Positions 60,768 through 64,000 of a DNA stretch of 64,000 nt are shown here, piece after piece. The stretch is from Nitrospirota bacterium. GTDB taxonomy: Bacteria > Nitrospirota > UBA9217. A model generated the notes under the pieces. It was given only the letters and a program-made list of their open reading frames with translations. It was not told the DNA's origin and made no database searches. How positions within the stretch are numbered: the first letter of the stretch is position 1; each line of letters begins with the position of its first letter. Location: positions 50,786 through 114,785 of the forward strand of contig CAVVOB010000021.1 in the NCBI GenBank assembly GCA_963749655.1. The letters are read 5' to 3'. Both the position numbers and the translations under genes were made by a program.

Positions 60768-62027
60768 ATGGAAAGAATCGTCCAACGAAAGGAAGTCCGC
60801 AGCCAGCTCGAAGCGATCGGGCGAGCCGACATCGTCGTGGGCATCCCGAGCTTCAATAACGCCCGGACGATCGGCCATGTGGTCCGCGCAGTGCAGGCCG
60901 GGCTTGCCAAATACTTTCCGGACCGCAAAAGCGTGCTGGTCAATTCGGACGGGGGCTCCACCGACGGCACCATCGACGTGGTCCAAAAAACATCCATCGA
61001 AGACTTCGACGCCATCCTGCTGCATCATCGTGTGGAGCCGGTGTTCAAGATCGCCACGCCCTACACCGGCATCCCGGGAAAGGGCAGCGCCTTCCGCACG
61101 ATCTTCGAGCTCGCCGACGCCCTCGATGCACAGGCCTGCGTGGTCGTGGACTCGGACCTCCGGAGCATTACCCCCGAGTGGATCGAACTCCTTGTGAAGC
61201 CCGTTCTCGACGACGGGTTCGACTATGTGGCCCCCCTCTATCACCGCCATAAATACGACGGGACCATCACGAACAGCATCGTCTATCCCCTGACACGGGC
61301 GCTCTACGGCAAACGAGTCCGTCAGCCCATCGGCGGGGACTTCGGCTTTTCCGGAAGCCTTGCCCGGTACTATCTGACCAAGGACGTCTGGCAGACCGAT
61401 GTGGCGCGATTCGGCATCGATATCTGGATGACAACGACGGCCATCGCAAACGCCTTCAAGGTGACCCAGTCGTTCCTGGGCGCCAAGATCCACGACGCCA
61501 AGGACCCGGGCTCGGATCTGAGCGCCATGCTCTACCAGGTGGTAGGCGCTACCTTCGACCTCATGGAAACCTATGCCGGGGCATGGAAGCTTATTCAGGG
61601 GTCCGAACCCGTGCCGGCCTTCGGCTTTGAATACACGGTGGGACTGGAGACGATCAACGTAAACGTGACGAGAATGCTGGGCCTCTTCCGGCAGGGGCTG
61701 CAGGGCTTTCGTGAACTGTGGACCTCCGTGCTGGGGAGGGGCGACCTTCTCGAAGTCGAGCGGCTCGGAACAATGAGCGAAAAGGACTTTCACTTTCCCC
61801 TGGCGCTTTGGACGCGGGTTGTCTACGACTATGCCATCGCTTATCATGAAAAAGTACTGCCGTCCGAGCACCTGATCAAGTCGCTGACGCCGCTCTACCT
61901 GGCCAAGACCGCCTCATTCATCAGAGAAGCGGAGCACATGGGTCAGAGCGAGGCCGAAGTCGAGATCGAGAAGCTCTGCATTGAATTCGAACGGAGCAAG
62001 AACTACCTCGTGACCAGCTGGAAGTGA
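60768..62027 (+). CDS. Glucosylglycerate synthase-like glycosyltransferase (Ggs/MgS-like, single-step)
   Basis: VGIPSFNNARTI, NSDGGSTDGT, GIPGKGSA, DSDLRSITPEW, RHKYDGTITN, RQPIGGDFG, FGIDIWMTT. Confidence 0.8.
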   Translation: MERIVQRKEVRSQLEAIGRADIVVGIPSFNNARTIGHVVRAVQAGLAKYFPDRKSVLVNSDGGSTDGTIDVVQKTSIEDFDAILLHHRVEPVFKIATPYTGIPGKGSAFRTIFELADALDAQACVVVDSDLRSITPEWIELLVKPVLDDGFDYVAPLYHRHKYDGTITNSIVYPLTRALYGKRVRQPIGGDFGFSGSLARYYLTKDVWQTDVARFGIDIWMTTTAIANAFKVTQSFLGAKIHDAKDPGSDLSAMLYQVVGATFDLMETYAGAWKLIQGSEPVPAFGFEYTVGLETINVNVTRMLGLFRQGLQGFRELWTSVLGRGDLLEVERLGTMSEKDFHFPLALWTRVVYDYAIAYHEKVLPSEHLIKSLTPLYLAKTASFIREAEHMGQSEAEVEIEKLCIEFERSKNYLVTSWK

Positions 62028-62078
62028 CGGCCGGCCGGGCCTGTCCAGAGCAGGAGACCATTTTTCGGGAGGTGTCCC

Positions 62079-62780
62079 ATGACCGATTTTCTCAATCTCA
62101 TACTCGAGCCCCTGCAGGAGGTTTACCATGCTTTTAAGGCCTTCCTGCCCAACCTGCTGGCGATGCTCGTCATCCTGAGCCTCGGCACTTTGCTGGCCCG
62201 GTTTCTCCGATTTATCCTCGTACGATTCCTGACGGCGATCGGCTTCGACAGCTGGTCCGACCGGATGGGCGTTACAGCGCTGCTGCGCAAAGGCGATTTA
62301 TGGGCCAAGCCCGCGCGGGCACTGGGCGCCATTTTCTTCTGGATCCTGATCATCGTCGTCGTGATGACGGGCTTGAGCGCTCTCAAGATAGGAGCTATCG
62401 ACCGCCTGGTGGAACAGTTCTTCGCCTATCTCCCCCGAGCCTTTTCCGCCCTCCTGATCCTGATCTTCGGGTATGTGCTCGCGGGCTTTGTCGGCCGGAC
62501 GGTGCTGATCGCCGCGGTAAACAGCGGCTATCACTACGCCAAGCTCCTGGCCGAAGCGGTCCGCATTCTGCTGACCCTGCTGATCCTCGCCATGGCGCTT
62601 GAACAGCTCCAGGTTGCTCCGGGCATCGTCCTGTCCGCCTTCTCGATCATCTTCGGCGGCATCGTAGCGGCGCTCGCCATCTCCTTCGGCGTGGCGGGCA
62701 TCGAAGCAGCCAAGCGTATGATCGAACGGGAGGACCGGGAAAAGAAGGCCGGAGACGGGGACGAGATCCAGCATCTGTAA
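62079..62780 (+). CDS. Membrane protein with conserved TM_helix repeats (CmpX / MscS N-terminal-like)
   Basis: FLPNLLA and YLPRAFSA repeats, ALEQLQVA, LAISFGVAG. Confidence 0.75.
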   Translation: MTDFLNLILEPLQEVYHAFKAFLPNLLAMLVILSLGTLLARFLRFILVRFLTAIGFDSWSDRMGVTALLRKGDLWAKPARALGAIFFWILIIVVVMTGLSALKIGAIDRLVEQFFAYLPRAFSALLILIFGYVLAGFVGRTVLIAAVNSGYHYAKLLAEAVRILLTLLILAMALEQLQVAPGIVLSAFSIIFGGIVAALAISFGVAGIEAAKRMIEREDREKKAGDGDEIQHL

Positions 62781-62796
62781 AGAGGGCCGGAAAGAC

Positions 62797-64000
62797 ATGA
62801 CCGATTTCTACCAGACCGGGATCATCACGACGCTTCACCGGCTCGGCAATCCCTCGATCGAGCGGCTCGAATCGGAACTGGGCCAGTTTGCCAAAACGCG
62901 CCCCGTGGCGCTGGTCCTGCCCGCGCTCTATTCCGAGTTTGAAGGCCCTGCCATGCCCGGCATCGTCCGGGAACTTTCCAAGATCGCCTATCTGTCGGAG
63001 ATCGTACTGGTGCTGGACAAGGCGTCGGAAAAGGACTTTCAGCGCGCTCGGGAATTCATGTCTCCCGTCAAGACCGACGTCAGGATCGTCCACAACGACG
63101 GCAAGCGGATCACGGAGATCTACGAAACCCTCGCCAGAAACGGCCTCGATGCGGGCCGGCCCGGAAAGGGCCGCTCCGTCTGGCTCGCCTACGGATACGT
63201 GCTGGCCCGGGGCCGGTCGGACGTCATCGCCCTTCATGACTGCGATATCGTAAGCTACAGCAGGGAGCTGCTCGCGCGGCTGTGCTATCCTGTCATGAAT
63301 CCCAACCTGGACTATGTGTTCTGCAAGGGCTTTTACAGCCGCGTGACGAACAAAATGCACGGCAGGGTCACCCGGCTCCTCATCACGCCACTCATACGCT
63401 CCCTGCAGCAGCTGATCGGACCGCACCGCTTTCTCGTGTTCCTCGACAGCTTCCGCTATCCCCTGGCCGGCGAGTTCTGCATGACAACGGACATGGCGCG
63501 GGTCAACAGGATCCCCTGGGATTGGGGCATCGAAGTCGGGTCCCTTGCCGAGGTGTACCGGAACTATTCTCCCCGCGGGGTATGCCAGGTCGACATCGCG
63601 GCGACCTACGAACACAAGCACCAGTCGCTCTCAGCCGACGACCCGGAACAGGGCCTCATGAAAATGACGATCGACATCTGCAAATCCATATTCCGGACCC
63701 TGGCGTCCGAAGGGGTCGTCTTTTCAGAAGGCCTGTTCAAGTCTCTCGCCGTCTCCTATTTGAGAAGCGCCGAAGACACTATCATGAAGTACGAGGCCGA
63801 TGCAGCCATCAACGGCCTCGATTTCGACCGGCACGAAGAGGCGAAGGCGGTCGAAGCCTTTACCCGGGCAATCGAGCTGGCATCGCAGAAATTCATGGAA
63901 AAACCCCTGGGCACTCCCCTCATTCCCAACTGGAACCGCGTGACGTCGGCTATCCCCGGCATCCTGGAGATGCTGAAACAGGCGGTTGACAGGGACAACG
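62797..64000 (+). CDS. gpgS: Glucosyl-3-phosphoglycerate synthase (runs off the window end)
   Basis: Missing from the ORF track because there is no stop in the window. Reads MTDFYQTGIITTLH, LVLPALYSE, GKGRSVW, LHDCDI, FCKGFYSR, GRVTRL, FRYPLAGEF, DWGIEVG, YEHKHQ, IPNWNRV. Confidence 0.85.
   Translation, partial: MTDFYQTGIITTLHRLGNPSIERLESELGQFAKTRPVALVLPALYSEFEGPAMPGIVRELSKIAYLSEIVLVLDKASEKDFQRAREFMSPVKTDVRIVHNDGKRITEIYETLARNGLDAGRPGKGRSVWLAYGYVLARGRSDVIALHDCDIVSYSRELLARLCYPVMNPNLDYVFCKGFYSRVTNKMHGRVTRLLITPLIRSLQQLIGPHRFLVFLDSFRYPLAGEFCMTTDMARVNRIPWDWGIEVGSLAEVYRNYSPRGVCQVDIAATYEHKHQSLSADDPEQGLMKMTIDICKSIFRTLASEGVVFSEGLFKSLAVSYLRSAEDTIMKYEADAAINGLDFDRHEEAKAVEAFTRAIELASQKFMEKPLGTPLIPNWNRVTSAIPGILEMLKQAVDRDN

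Overview
This is a 64 kb GC-rich bacterial chromosomal segment. Gene content suggests an anaerobe, plausibly Nitrospirota or Desulfobacterota (inference only). Scattered single-base indels in conserved genes look like assembly errors. From left to right on the minus strand: a CusCBA-type metal efflux operon, galE, cpoB/pal, a nitroreductase, a radical SAM/SPASM gene, an oxidative pentose phosphate cluster headed by a short class II ribonucleotide reductase, and a full nuoA-N complex I operon. The right half, mostly on the plus strand, holds an RND efflux operon, htpG, assorted membrane proteins and a glucosylglycerate biosynthesis cluster. Two things stand out. (1) An unannotated small ORF (10308->10093) lies directly upstream of the radical SAM/SPASM gene. 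It reads C-H-K-UGA-K-G-UGA-K-T-UGA-C-C and is followed by a hairpin closely resembling the E. coli fdhF SECIS, making it a candidate multi-selenocysteine RiPP precursor with its maturase. (2) The complex I has a HydBC/Hnd-type (electron-bifurcating-like) input module and a catalytically dead FDH-like NuoG. A five-gene DRTGG/CBS-kinase/PHP/HATPase regulatory cassette sits between nuoD and nuoE. No rRNA, tRNA, CRISPR array or transposase was recognised.
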